This document shows, one piece after another, positions 49,803 through 63,978 of a stretch of DNA of 64,000 bases. Numbering within the stretch: the stretch's first letter is position 1; each line of letters starts with the position of its first letter. The notes beneath the pieces were generated by a model. The model had not been told where the DNA came from and did not search any database. It saw nothing but the letters and a program-made list of their open reading frames with translations. The position numbers and the translations under genes were made by a program. Source of the DNA: Eledone cirrhosa (lineage: Eukaryota); assembly GCA_964016885.1 (NCBI GenBank), contig OZ024740.1, positions 78,926,001-78,990,000 on the forward strand, in the 5' to 3' direction.

Positions 49803-50521
49803 AATTAGCCTCTTTTGAACAGGTCAGCTACCAACCAACTGCCCTGCTGTAATTTAGCCACTACAGTAGTAAACTTAAACTTCAGTGTCACATGACAGTG
49901 AAAGGGAGGTAAGCTAGTTTTGCCTATTCACAGAGAACACATTGGCTTGTTTTTTCAAATTGAAAAAAGAAAAATATGAAAACGAGCCATGAAGCACTCA
50001 ACCAGAGCTTCCATCTAGATAGCAAAGATAAAATTTAAACAATAAATAAATCAAACTATAATAAACAGAGTAAAAAGCTCAACTTACAATTTGGATGCAG
50101 GTTATCCCTGGGAGTTTAAAATAATAATAATATATGTGTGTGTGTGTCTATATCATATTGACACCATTTAAAGCAAACAGGGACTTTTGTTTGTGTTCTG
50201 CATACAAAATATCTTGCAGAGTTCAGCAGTATATGCTATATTTAAAAATAAATGATGGATTAGTGTGAAGAAAGACATTATTATTAGGGTGGTGGATTAG
50301 CAGTATCGGCAGAGTGTCGGACAATGTTTTGTGGCATAGAGTGATGCACCTTTATGTTCTGAGTTCAAATCCTGTCGCGGTTAGCTTTACCTTTCATCCT
50401 TACAGGGTTGATAAAATAAAGTACCAGTAATGAATAGGGGTCGATTTAATCGACTTTTCCCTCCCTCCAAAATTGTTGGCCTTGTGCCTATAGTAGAAAC
50501 CATTGTTGTTGTTGTGCATCA

Positions 50522-50750
50522 TCACTGCATTACCAAGCACAGCTCTATGTGCAATGTTGTTTTTTTGGTGGTACTGTTTATATTGTATTGAGAGTACCTA
50601 ATAGTGCTATTTTTTGTCTGTGTGTTTTTTATCATTCCCAGAGCACCTATTATTATAGGTATTATTTTTGTTTTCATCATCCACATTTGGATTATTTCTA
50701 TTTTCAAATCTTTATATTTGGGTAGTTTCTCCATTTCCTTGGTCATATTA
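50522..50750 (-). mobile_element. R4/Dong-like RLE retrotransposon 3' remnant
   Basis: KEMEKLPKYKDLKIEIIQMWMMKTKIIPIIIGALG; same family as 21660-21975. Confidence 0.75.
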
Positions 50751-50779
50751 TTATCTGTGGAAATTGTATTATTACTATT

Positions 50780-51035
50780 TTAGAAGAAAAAGTGTGACTT
50801 TTAATAGACATGGTATACTAATTTGATACCAGAATCATAAAAAATGTACAATATTATATCAATTTGAAGTATGAAATTCTCAAATATTAGAAGGAAGATA
50901 AGGACATGATCTTGTAAATTTGAAGCTTTGGAAATGGTAACAAAGAATTTAGAAGTAAACATTGGAAAGCTAAATCTTAATTTGGGAGTTATCTATTTGG
51001 ATCAGCAAGAATTACCTGGAGAATCATTGATACAA
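50780..51035 (+). mobile_element. Highly degenerate RLE retrotransposon C-terminus
   Basis: ALEMVTKNLE...LGSARI resembles the GALG.VTK.LE...LLGSARILR ending. Confidence 0.4.
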
Positions 51036-52733
51036 AGTAAAGATAGATATGAGAAGCATGGAAGGACTTTACTAAAAGGGACAAGAGCACTTGTCATTAT
51101 AGACCAGGTTTTATGGTCTGACTGGAAATATAATTAAATCAGTTACAATATGAATACTGTGTTACAGCAGTAATAATAATAATGGTTTCTGATTTAGGCA
51201 CAAGGCCAACAACTTGGGGAGAGGTGGAAGTTGAATAAATCGACCCTAATACATTATTAATACTTTATTTTATTAACCCCAGATGTAAGAAAGGTAAAGT
51301 TGATCTCAGCAGTATTTGAACTCAGAACAAAAAACTAGAACAAATATTGCAAAGCATTCTGTCTAACGCTCTAAGATTTCTGTAAATCCACCACCCAAAA
51401 TAATAATAATAATGTTTTCATTCATACAATTACATGAAAGGTTAAAAACAAAGGGAGTTACAGGAAAAAACATATGAGATGAACAAAACAAAGTCATACA
51501 AAAGTAAGGAGATATGGATCAAAGCTGCTATACAAAGAAAATATTTTGTGTAAAAATAAGGACATGGAGAAAACACAACGAATAAAACAAGATGTTATGT
51601 AAGAAAGGTACCTACAAAATCATTTAGAGCTTCCACCCACGCATATAACCCACTGCTCGCCATCAATTTTTGTAATGGAACAGTGTTGTGCACTGAAACA
51701 TACCTATGAGTGTTTTTTCCATGGGATGAATTAAAAAGATTCTTAAATCCTATGGATAATATTATTCTTTCAGTGTATAATAATTGTCAGAGATTGTTTT
51801 TTGTAACAGAAGCCTGTTATGTGAAATCTTCCTGTATTCTGTCCCTCTTTGGTCTTCAGTTCTAGGATGTCTCTGCAACATCCATTGCATCAGATCAATT
51901 TTATTATTTTTATGATGGGTTTATTAGATTTTCAAATGTCATCTTCATTGTCATTATCTGGTTGAACTTTACAGGCTTTTAATTCACACTTGCCTTTTCT
52001 CTTCTGTTTTCTTCTCCTCCTCTTCTTTCCAGTACTTTAGAAGAGGCCAGAAGTCAAACAAAACTGAAATAAAACAGAAACAGTTGCAATAAAGTGATTT
52101 TTTTTTTTTTTGTTTTTGTTTCAAAGATGCAAACAATACATCGGGTTGACAATGTTGCACACATAAAGTAAAAACTTTTCCATGCTCAATATAAATTCAT
52201 GAGAGCTGAAATAAACACATTTCAATAATAATGATTTCTAGTATATGCACAGGGCCAGTATTTTTTGGGAAGGGGAAAGTCGATTAAATCGACCCCAGTA
52301 CATTACTGGTGCATTATTTTATTGACCCCGTAAGGATGAAAGGCAAAGTTAACCTCAGCGGGATTTGAACTCAGAATGGCAAGGGTCGTAACTCAGTGCG
52401 TCAAAGCATGGCGTTCGACCCTCTACTGATACTGCCAATAATAATAATGATTTCTACTTTAGGCACAAGGCCAGTAATTTGAAGGGGAGGGAAAAGTCGA
52501 TTAAATCGTCCCCACTATGTTACTGGTGCTTTATTTTATTGAGCCCACAAGGATGAAAGACAAAGCTAAATTCAGTGGGACTTGAAATCAGAATGTAAAG
52601 GGACATAACTCTATGCCTCAAAGCAGGTTGTCTGACGCTCTACAAGTACTGACAATCCACTGCCCTTATAATAATTTTTCACTTAGATTTTTAAGAAATA
52701 TACTCTAATTAAACATTTATTTTTCCTTGATAG

Positions 52734-52857
52734 ACATTGCTGCATCTGCTTATGGCCGAGATTTCCTTGTGAATAACACTTATGGATGTCAAATTATTGA
52801 TATCTTTATCACAGTATTGGCTGAAGCTCCCAATAAGAAAAGTACAAAACTAAAGAA
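52734..52857 (+). CDS. HSF2BP: Next coding exon of HSF2BP/MEILB2 orthologue (armadillo-like region)
   Basis: ttttccttgatag| 124 nt |gtaagt; phase-compatible with the 22454 exon (A+AC = Asn); (N)IAASAYGRDFLVNNTYGCQIIDIFITVLAEAPNKKSTKLK resembles vertebrate NVAAIACGREFLVN...CTKLK as recalled. Confidence 0.9.
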
Positions 52858-55276
52858 GTAAGTGATCACTATGCTATAATATATTTGAATTCACTGACTT
52901 CCAAATAACTGTAAAAATATCAGCATTTACTATTTATTTCCTTATTAAAACATAGCAGTTTTAGTTTGTTTTGTTTTTTCCTTGACAGTACATCTCATAT
53001 TTATGGTCATGTAGTGAATCACTTACATCAACGTTTAACATACTGTATCACATGAAACCACATTAGCAAGACATTCTTGAAAAGTACTAAACAGCCCTAT
53101 GACTGCATTACATTAAATATTGAAGTCTTTCTTCTAATACTGCAAATATTCACAACAATCTGTTTGCTAGTAACCATATTATAATAAACATTTGGATTAA
53201 CAAACTCATTTTTAGATATTTTCTGCTAATTCATTACAGGATGTTAAGAATTAAAAAGGGAAAACTATATTAACAATGTGTACATGATACCATCTTACAC
53301 CAACATATTTTATTTTTCAGTTTAATTTAATACAAGGACACAGCTACATGTTGACGACAGTAATCAACAGCAGTATTATCTTAGCTAATTTGCTAGTGTC
53401 ACTAGTGACACTAATAATACTATTAATAATACTATTAGTGTCACAAATGTGAAAGTTACTGTCTATATTGGTTATCAAAAATTGGTGTATTGCTCTATTT
53501 TGAATTAAAATCATCTGTCAATAATATTTCATGGTACATATTTAAACCACCCATGTTTTCTTGGTTGAATAATGTGCTAGGGAAGTCAAGATTATACAAG
53601 TAACCCAGACAATGGACTATTCTAAGTGGTGCTTCTCTCTGACTTCAAAGATTGAACTGTAGACAGTGATGTTGCCAGTGGAGCACATCTTCTACCATTC
53701 AAAACTTTTTACCAACAGCTGTATAGTACAACCATGCAGACTAATTACATTACAATAATACTTATATCTATATGGCTCTCTTATTAAACACAATACTGCA
53801 GCATATTTCAACATACACAGTTCATACATCTTTATTTTTCATAAATATTGAAAATATGAACAGATGTACATTTTACTGTTACAAACCATCGCAGCATAAA
53901 CTACTGTTATCAGCCATTCTACAGACCTTACCAGCTTATATAGTTATATATTCTTCATTAGTTACAACAGTAACACTAAAACTAAAAGAACAGAAATGAG
54001 CAGCAGCTTTACACCATTCTATTTGCTAGAGTGGCAATGGTGAAAATTACTGCTGCTTCCCACATAATAGTTCTTTAAATAATAATAATAATGAAATTAT
54101 TGTGTACAGTGCTCAGGTGCACTACAACTCATCAAAGGTGCATGTATAGTACATAGAATAATGTACAAATACAAGCACTGTTGCTTGTAGGTTGTATATG
54201 GATTTCCCTTAGAATTACATAAGGTTTATAACTAATCGGTGGTAAATTGGCAGAGCTGTTAGGGCATTAAATTAAATGTCTCAGTATGTTGTTCTGGCTC
54301 CAAGTTCAAATGCTACCAAGCTCAACATTGCCTTTGCATCCTTTCAGATCAATAAAGTACCAATTCAATGATAGTGGATTGGCAGAATTGTTAAAGAGTT
54401 AGGCAGGATGCATTGTGATATCCGATCTAACTCTGTGCATTCTGAGTTCAAATCCCACTTCTTTCTACCATTAGTTGCAACTAGCAGATAGTATTAGCAA
54501 TGGAAACATTGTTTCCTTGGTTCAATCTGACAAGTGGTTCCTTTCCTTTTTATTACTAATTTCAATTATGTACAACATATTTAATTAATCTAAAGTCAAT
54601 TCACAGCACTAAATAACTTTTAAAATGAGTATTTTCTTCTTTTTTCTGTTTTTTTCTTCTTTTCCTTTAGTAGGAACTATGAAGTGAACTTGTCTGACAT
54701 TATGAATAATTATTGTTATGTTTGTTCTAATTTATTATTTTTTTAATTAGGAAACCATAAATGTGACATATAAATAGTTATATTTACTTTGCTTGATGTT
54801 TTCATGCAAAAGAAACTGTTTTGAATTCACAAGGTGAATTATTTGATTCTATATCAGCAGCTTTGATGAGATTAGATGTTAATTCTGAAATTATTTTGTA
54901 GAATCTCCCCTAATATAATCACAACCAGCCATTTTATTTTCACAATCTACCGTGGTTCTGCTAATTTGGACATGTTTATAATGTAATTGTAGACAACTCC
55001 ATGTAACATCACACATAACTTCCACTGTTTATTCTATTGCATTATTTTACGTTCTATATGAAATTATAAATGTTATTTTTAAGTATCAAATTAAATATAT
55101 TTACTTACTTGAGATAGACATTAATATTTCCTTTGGGAATTACATATAATTGTTGATTTTCATTAATTCATTTATACATTAGCTGCTTGTAAATGTAAGT
55201 GCATATATATATATATACATATATACATTTTTATATAGATATTTATATACATACACACACACATATACATATATTT

Positions 55277-55311
<35 letters not shown>

Positions 55312-55314
55312 ATA

Positions 55315-55400
55315 TATGGTAGGGCCAATGACGTTAGAACTCCATATATATATATGTATGTGTGTGTGTGTAGAGTTTTAATGTTATTGACCCTACCATA
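55315..55400. repeat. 28-bp imperfect inverted repeat enclosing a microsatellite (MITE-like)
   Basis: TATGGTAGGGCCAATGACGTTAGAACTC...GAGTTTTAATGTTATTGACCCTACCATA. Confidence 0.6.
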
Positions 55401-55415
55401 AACAGGTGGATACCA

Positions 55416-55456
<41 letters not shown>

Positions 55457-56954
55457 TATATACATATATATATTTACATACATACACACACACATATATA
55501 TATTAAATAGTGAAATATTGTTAGAATAATATGATATTCAGTCACCAAGATATTAAAGATCAAAATAAAAGGACAATCGTCATTTAACATCTGTTTTTCT
55601 ATAGTGGCATGTTTAGATAGGCCTACCTAATAGTCATCTTCTATTTTATCCTGTCTTTAATTATATCCTGTGTTGGACCCACTTTTACAGTTCACTACGT
55701 ACAATTTTAGCCTCTGTTTTGTTTACTAATTCTACTTTCACATGCAAGTCTTCAACATTTACTGGTCAATTGGAGTTTTGAGAGTTTTTTTATGGGGGAG
55801 TTGGGTTTTACTGTTTAATCAGGAATGAAAAATCAGTGCCTATGTCTCTGTTTCAGGGTCTCCAAAGCTGGTAAGAGAGAGGGAGGGCAGTATTCTAAAA
55901 CTAGAAACCGGGTCCAAATGTTTGCAACAGAATAGATGCCACAAACAGCACCCAAGGTGTTGTGTGGTGGTGTTAAACATATGATGTATTGTTAAGTTTA
56001 CTGCCCAAGTACACTACAACAGAATATGAACTCAGAACAAAAAGGTCTAGAATAAATACCACAAGGCATCTTGTTGAGTGCTCTAACAATTCTGCCAATC
56101 TACTGCTCCAGACTGAAAGACAAAGTAGTTCTTGGTAGGATTTGAACTGAGAGAACTGGAACAAATACAAATACAAATTTGCCACCTACTTATGTAGATG
56201 GTGATGATGGTGGTGGTAGTCTTAGCTCTGTGTCTATATTTCTATACTTATTCTCAGATTTGTAATGTCAATTTTTAATTTTGTCTTTGTTGATATTAAT
56301 ACTTCTTTTGTTTTATGAGAATAGCTGAATATTTCGCTGTTTTACATTTCCCAAACTGAATAGCTTTCGTATACTCTTTTTCTTTTTTCTGCTAAATCAA
56401 TTAACAATACATTATTCTCTTGAATATCTCTTTAAATTGGTATTGTCTATTCCGTGGTTCTCAAATCCCAAAACTATATGCTATTCCCATCATTTGCCAC
56501 TGATCTTCTGCCAGATAATTTTCTTCATTGTTTTCTCTTAATTCTTTTTACACTTTTGTTTCTTTTTACTTAGTACATGGCTGTCACAGGTCCTCCAAGA
56601 TAGGTGAGATCAATGTGGTTGGTGTTATGTTTAAACTGTTACTGGTCTACTCCCTTCAGGAAAACAAAACATGAGTAGGGGGAAGTCCTGGTGGGAGCAA
56701 CATTCTAGGTTGGAAGGAATAGTGCTTAGTGCACAGGCTGGGGTGTTAAATACATTATTGGTGATGAGAGGAAGAGAGATGAGTGAATCAGGAATACCTG
56801 AGTGGAGGTAGCATAAGACTTGCAAGCTCCAAGGAGCAGAAACTAATGTAATAGTGGTAGAAGTAGCAGTGGGGAAAAAATAACAATTGCATTTTCCATT
56901 TCAAATATCATCAAGGCTATTTTTTGCTGACTTAATACATCGCTAATTCACTAA

Positions 56955-57400
56955 TCACAAGGGCCATTGGGAATATTTGCTGAGATGCTGAAAGCATCTG
57001 GGATAGTAGGACCTACCATAACTACCTATATTGTTAACCAAGTAATACAAAATGATGTCAAACCCAATGACTGGCATAGCAGCAGCATCACCAACTGTTA
57101 CAAGGGCAAAAAGCACCCAGTCCACACTGTAAAGTGGCCGTGTAAGTGTCACGTCAAAAAGCACCCAGACCACACTGTAAAGTGGTCATGTAGGTATCAT
57201 GACAAAAAGCACCGAGCACACACTGTAAATGTGGTTGGCATTAGGAAGGGCATCCAGCCATAGAAACCAAGCCAAAATCAGTTCTGTGTGAGCAAAACAC
57301 AATCATCTGACCTGGCTTGTCTCACAATGGGACAGCTCGTCTAACTCATGCTAGTATGGAAAATCGGCGTTAAACGATGGTAATGATAATGATGATGATG
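56955..57400 (+). mobile_element. Internally deleted RTE: RT fragment fused to 3' UTR
   Basis: GIFAEMLKASGIVG...ITNCYKGK joins directly to GGCAAAAAGCACCCAG of the 3' UTR. Confidence 0.8.
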
Positions 57401-59702
57401 TACTGTGTCATTTGTTTTGTTATTTCTATTGTCTTTTACATACATATATATATATATCATCATCATCATCGTTTAACGTCCACCTTCCATGCTAGCATGG
57501 GTTTGGACGGGAATTTTCCCACTTGAGGCAAGATTGGTTGTCTTGCTTGTATAGAACTGTCTAGCGGGTTTTCTATGGCTGGATGCCCTTCCTAATGCCA
57601 ACCACGTTTACAGTGTGGACTGGGAGGTTTTTACCGTGTTACCTACACGGCCACATTACAGCGTGGACTGTGTTTTTTTGTCGTAACACCTACACAACCT
57701 CATTTATTTATATATATATATACATATTCCACTAAACTTTCCTTTCAATGAATTTCTTTAAATCTGTTTTTGCCCCATGTTAATAATGTATTCATCATTT
57801 GGTATCAACAGGATTAATACCATGTATCATCTTGGTCTTTCTTGTGCTATTCTTATATGTCCATTCTATTTTAAATCTGTTGTAATTCTTAATATTATTT
57901 ATCCAAATAATTCTTGGTTTTCTTCTCTTTTCCCTTTCATTTTGCTTTCTATTAAGTCTCTATAAACCATTTTTTCTATTTAAATGTTCTTTCTTTTTTA
58001 TGGTGTCTAATTAACTTCTCTTAATTAATTTAATTCATGAGAGTATGTTCTAAAAATAAATTTGAGACTATTGTAGTCTCATATATCCTATATATTTTTA
58101 CTATTTTGTTCAGTTCCTCTTCCAATATTTATAGTGTAGTCCTATATCATTATAAAATGAACTTCTCCGGACTAACTTGTGATACATCCATCATCACCTG
58201 TTTCTCAATTTTGCTATAGAACATTACAAACTGACAAATATATTCAGCTTATATTTATTATGATGTTAATCCATCTTTCAGTCTGTCTAATGCCAATACT
58301 CCCTTTTCGTGTCTTAGATTCTTTCTACTAAAATAAATAAATAGATATTAATAATAATAAACTGAACCAAGCATATCATGTTAAATGATTCTAGATGCAG
58401 TTTTCTATCATTTCTCCAATGCAACACACATCCACTATGTCTACACTGTCAAGTGTCTACACATTTCTCTACTCAATTTCTCATGTTTCCAAAGTTAATC
58501 GGATCTGCAGTAGCTTTGACGTGATAACAAGCTGGTGGTTGAAGGAACTTACATCTAATAATTGTCATTCATATATATTCTTTCTTAACTTTCAATGTTA
58601 AGAAAATATATTTAAGAAAAAAAAATAGGGAAAGGAGGAAAAGACTGCTAATAAAACAGAAATTTAAACCGTTTGCTTGAAATATTAGTAAGAAAGGGGA
58701 CATGTTGAAGGAGTTAGGTAATGAAATAATCTAAGCTAGCTTTGTGATAACATTGTAAAGGGTTGTGTTGGGTAAAATAGTAATCTGAGTTTGGCTCTGG
58801 ATTTTAAAAAAAAAACAGGTCACCAATCAAAAGGAAAACAATTTTAGATTAAAAGACAGCCTACTGCTGAAAAGTTGATGCTTTAGGAAATGGAGTGTTT
58901 GTTGCACTAATAATTCATTAACCCTCTTGATACTAAACTGCCCAAGACCGCCCATGGCTTTATGATATATAATATCTTGTTTTAAATTAAAACCTTCTAT
59001 CATAGTTTTATGTAAGACCTAGTTGTTGATATATGTTCCTAAACTAAACTTGATAATTGTTTCTAATATTTGTTTTTAAATTAAGCACAAGGCCAGAAAT
59101 TGTTTTTATGAAGAGAGCCAATTAAATTGACCTCAGTACTTGACTGGTATTTTACTCTGGTTTCTCCTCACCTCAAGCTGATAAATCTGTTGCCTTTTAC
59201 TAAAAAGCAACGCACCGGTTGCTGTTGAGACCTCAAGTGTTCTTGGACTCCATACTGCCAAGCTCCCCTGTAAGATCAAAACGTCAGTGGAAGGATCCCC
59301 GTGAGATGGCTGTTTACATATTAAGACCCCAATCCATCCTATTTATTTTATGTATGGGATTTCTAGTAATGTTTAGTTTTGTTTTTTGTCATATATAATG
59401 TTTTTTTAATGTTTAATGAAAATAAAATGAAATTTTGCCAGAGATAGATTAGGAAAATTTAATAAGAAGTGGATTTGGAAAATTTATAATTGGTGTGAGG
59501 AGGAGGGGGGGGGGCATTATTTGAGACCCGAGAGTAAATTTGAGGATGTAAACATTAGGTGTTAATTTTTTTTAAACAAAGAATACTTAGTTATTGTATG
59601 AATTAACTACTAAAACTGAAAATGATCAGTATTACAATAGCTTGTCAAATTTCAAATTTTCAATTAAGGAAAATAAAAAGGATATCGTGTTTGGTTATTA
59701 AG

Positions 59703-60110
59703 AGGTAGTGCTGGTCCCACAATAAAAAAAAAACATTCAGTCCACCCTGAAAGGTGGTAGTGCTGGTCCCACAATAGAAAACACCCAGTCTACCATATAA
59801 GGGGTAATGCTGGTGCCAGTATCAAAAAACACCCAGTCAATGCTGAAATGTAAGGGGGTAGTGCTGGTGCCACGATAAAAAGCACCCAATCTACCTTGTA
59901 AGGGAGTAGTGCTGGTGCCACGATAAACACCCAGTCTACCCTGTTAGGCAGATAGTGCTGATACTACAATAAAATGCTTCCAATACATGCTGCAAAGTGG
60001 CTGGCATTAGGAAGGGCATCCAGTCATAGAAACCAAAAACATATGAGCAAGATATGGTCACCTGGCTGATCAAGCCTCAAAAACCAGACAACCTGTGTAA
60101 CCCATGCAAA
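59703..60110 (+). repeat. Tandem about 55-bp units related to RTE 3' UTR subrepeats, ending in an RTE-type tail
   Basis: GTAGTGCTGGTGCCACGATAAA...CACCCAGTCTACC five times, then TTAGGAAGGGCATCCAG; similar array at 22620-23040. Confidence 0.7.
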
Positions 60111-61671
60111 CATAAAATAGAGCAGGGTAAGGGGAGCATTGTCTTGATAATGACCATCAGTCAGAAACAATCATTGGCAGTTACCTCCCATGCTTCTGTT
60201 AAAATTCGCTAGATGGTGCTATGTCATCAGCTTCCAAAATATATAGCTAAAGGCTTTCAAATATTTATTTGTAAGCATACTGTATATCATTGGATATACA
60301 CATATACGTATACAGCTATGTTGGACAGAACACCTTAATTTTATAGAAAATAGACATTAAATGGGGTGGGGTGATGGCACCATGTGTTATATTTCATGAA
60401 TACGATAAAGGAAATTGTTGCATGCCAGGCAAATCTTTTGTGGTCTCTTCAGACAAAATGGTGAATGTATTGCCACAAAAGATGGTAAAGGAGCTGTGCC
60501 TAAAGAGCCAGTCCACCCCATGAAGCTTGTTCTGGCAGATGTCTATCTCCATCTCAAACTCACTGTTTACACCAGTTGTTAAAGTGGGTATTCTTTATGT
60601 TGTATCCCTTGATGTCCTGTAACTTAGTAGTTTGATAAATAGTGACCAATAAAATAAGGACTGAGGTGGTGATGATTGGTTAAACTCTTGAAGGGAGTGC
60701 CAAGCCTAATGACTGAAATCAATGAAATAATAACAACAGACTATTTAAGTTTGTCTATATTTACTTGAATATATAGTAGTCCTTTTTTAGCCATGATATT
60801 CTTTTATTATTTTACTTGTTTATCTCATTAGACTGTGGCCATGCTAGGGCACCACCTTGAGAGAATTCAGTCAATCATATCGTTCTCAGCACATATTTTG
60901 TTCAAGACTGGTACTCATTTTATCGATCTGTTTCTGTTGGGTGGCTGAGTTACATGACATGACATAAACAGTCATAGATGCATACACACACGATGGTCTC
61001 CTGCATTGTTTCCATCTACCATATTTCACTCACAATACATTGGTCAACTCTAGGCTATAGAGTACAATGTACTTGCCCAAGGTGCCATGCAGTGAAACCG
61101 AACTTAAAAACACATGGCTGTTAAGCAAACAACTCCTTAACTACTCAGCCATACTGCTACCTTTCAATTAGAACCACTTTTGTAGCTTTGTTAAAATAAT
61201 ATTTTTTAACTTCTTCCTTAGAGGATTTTTTTTTTTTCTTAAACATAGTTTTAGTTTTATGTTTCAATATTAACATGCTGTCACATTTTATGACTTCTAA
61301 CTTTATAATCATCAGCTGTTCAGTGTCTGCAGTTTCTCTCCAAAAGTCACTTTTGATTTACTTCATGCATTTCTAGTCACAAACTCTTTTTCATACCAAT
61401 CCTTCTGAGACCACCCCTGCTTCTATCATACAAACTATATCCATTACTATATTTCTAATTTTCAAATAATTTTGAAAATAATTCAGAATTTGGAAGGATT
61501 TAGTAATACAAATAACTTTTTGGTGTTTGAAGTATAACTTAACCCTTTAGCATTTAAACTGGCTATAACCGGCTGCTCATACTTATTTTAAGGTATTGTT
61601 CTCAAAATAAATAATATCAAAATCTCATCGATTCGATATTATGTGAGATAATTATGTGAAATAAAGTGTTT

Positions 61672-63202
61672 ACCATCATCATCATCATCATCACCATTTT
61701 ACGTCAGTTCTTCCACGCTAGCATGGGTTAGACGGGTTGTCCTGTTGTGGGCAGTGTCTGGTCGACTGACCATGCCTTGCTCATACAGGAATTGATTTGG
61801 CTTGATTTCTACAGCTGGATGCCCTTCCTAACACTAACCTCATTTACAGTGAGTGCTGGGTGCTTTTTCGTGGCGCCTACACGTCCACTTTACAGTGTGG
61901 GCTGGGTGCTTTTTTGCCGTGGCACCTCCACGACCACCTTGCAGTAGGAGGGTGTGGGGGCATATTGTCTATATGCTTCAGCTTGTACCCATGGGAGGTC
62001 GGGTACTCTGTATTACTGCGTGACGCCAGAGGTCACGGTCGTGTGACATCACCTTTGAAAGGTGTAATTGGATAAGGTCGGCTTTTATCACATCATCCCA
62101 GGTCATCTTGGGTCTCCCCACTCTGCGGTTTCCATCGACTTTTAGTGCTCTGCACCTTTTTATGCAGCTGTCATCCTTCATACGCATCACATGTCCATAC
62201 CAACGCATCCGCCTCTCCTGCACACAGCATTTGATTCCTCTTATGCTCAGTCTCTCTCTCAATTCATTTATGCTTTGTCGTTCGCGTATATTACTATTAC
62301 ACATCCATCGGAGCATGCAGGCTTCGTTTCTCTCTAATCTACGTAAGTCTTCCACCTTCAGCACCCAGGTCTCACTACCATGTAACATTGCTGTTCGGAT
62401 ACACGCATCATACAGTCTGCCTTTCATTTTGAGGGAGAAGCATTTTGCAGCTAGCATTGGTAGTAGTTCCCTGAACTTCTTCCATCCTGTTCTTACCCTA
62501 GTTATTGTACTTTCTGAACACCCACCTCCGCTGCTAATTCGGTCACCTAGGTAGCAGAAGCTGTCTACTGTCTCTACAGAGCCCTCCCAGAGATTGGTGG
62601 TACTTGTTTCCTGTGGCTGTTTGCTGCTTGCTGTCCCAGTACAGCTGCTGCATGTGAAGCCTACATTCTCAATTAAGCTTCCTGAGATCCCGCTACATCT
62701 CTTGTGTACCCATTGTTTGCATTTGGGGCAGAGAATGGAGTTCCTACCTACACCTTTCCTACATACTGAGGGGATCTGGGTTCTGTTTTCTCTCTACTTA
62801 CAAGGACCTTAGTCTTTGTCATGTTGACTTTGAGACCCTTTCTTTCTAGTCCCTGCTTCCAAGTTTGGAATTTATTCTCTAGTTCTACCATAGATTCAGC
62901 TATAAGTGCGAGGTCATCAGCATACAGGAGTTCCCATGGGAATCCGGTCTTAAACTCCTCCGTTATTGCCTGCAGGACTATGATGAACAAGAGAGGGCTA
63001 AGAACAGAGCCCTGATGGACCCCAACCTGTACACTAAATTCCTCGCTATACTCATTGCTAATCCTAACTTTGCTGACTGCTCCCCTATACATGGCTTGTA
63101 CAGCTTTTACAAGCCATTCATCTACTCCTAGTTTTCTAAGAGCCCACCAGATTACAGCACGTGGAACTCTGTCAAAGGCTTTCTCGAGATTGACGAATGC
63201 CA
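61672..63202 (-). mobile_element. 5'-truncated RTE, close sister of the 39.9-42.3 kb copy, inverted
   Basis: ORFs 62748-63203 and 61978-62457 are nearly identical in protein to 40062-41963; small deletion and frameshift near 62770. Confidence 0.95.
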
Positions 63203-63822
63203 ATGAAAATACAATAGTAAATATAGTGTAATGTAAATGTTAAAGAGTTAATGATGGTTATTTCATAAAATTATGGTGGAAACTTTTTAGATAAATATAA
63301 ACATTTTAAAATAAACCAAGGGGTATTATAGGTTGTTTGGTATGAAATGGGTTAAATTAAAATTGTCCATCATAATTTTTGTAAAGATCTTTCTTTCAGT
63401 TATGCTGAAAAAGTTGGTGAATTTACTAAATTCCTCCAAATTGGTAATTAATTTAAAAATTTGAATTGAAACATATAAGCAGGATATTTTATTAGAAATT
63501 TTCATCATCATTTCCATGCTGGCATTGGTTGGACCATTTGAGGGAGAATTCTATGGCAGATGTCCTTCCTGATACCAACCCTTATTTGGCTTTTTTTAAA
63601 GTAAAGTATAGTTGATTATTCCACTATAGAAAAAATCGACTGTGTTCAGACATGGGGAGGGTTGGGCTCTGCCAGTTTTAAATGTGCCCTAGACACACCG
63701 TATGATGGTGCCTCTATGACTCCACAAGGTGTTATGGGATCTTTATCCCTTATAGATCTTTGCACATCTAACATCTGAACTGTTAGTGATATCAGATAGA
63801 AATACAAAGTGAAGAGACAAGT

Positions 63823-63862
<40 letters not shown>

Positions 63863-63978
63863 CATTGTCATCATTTTACATCCAAACTGACATATATATT
63901 TCTCAGTAATTTTTTTCCATTCCTTCCTCATTTCGCTTTCAACCTTTCTATTTCATCTTTTATTTCTCATTCTATCGT

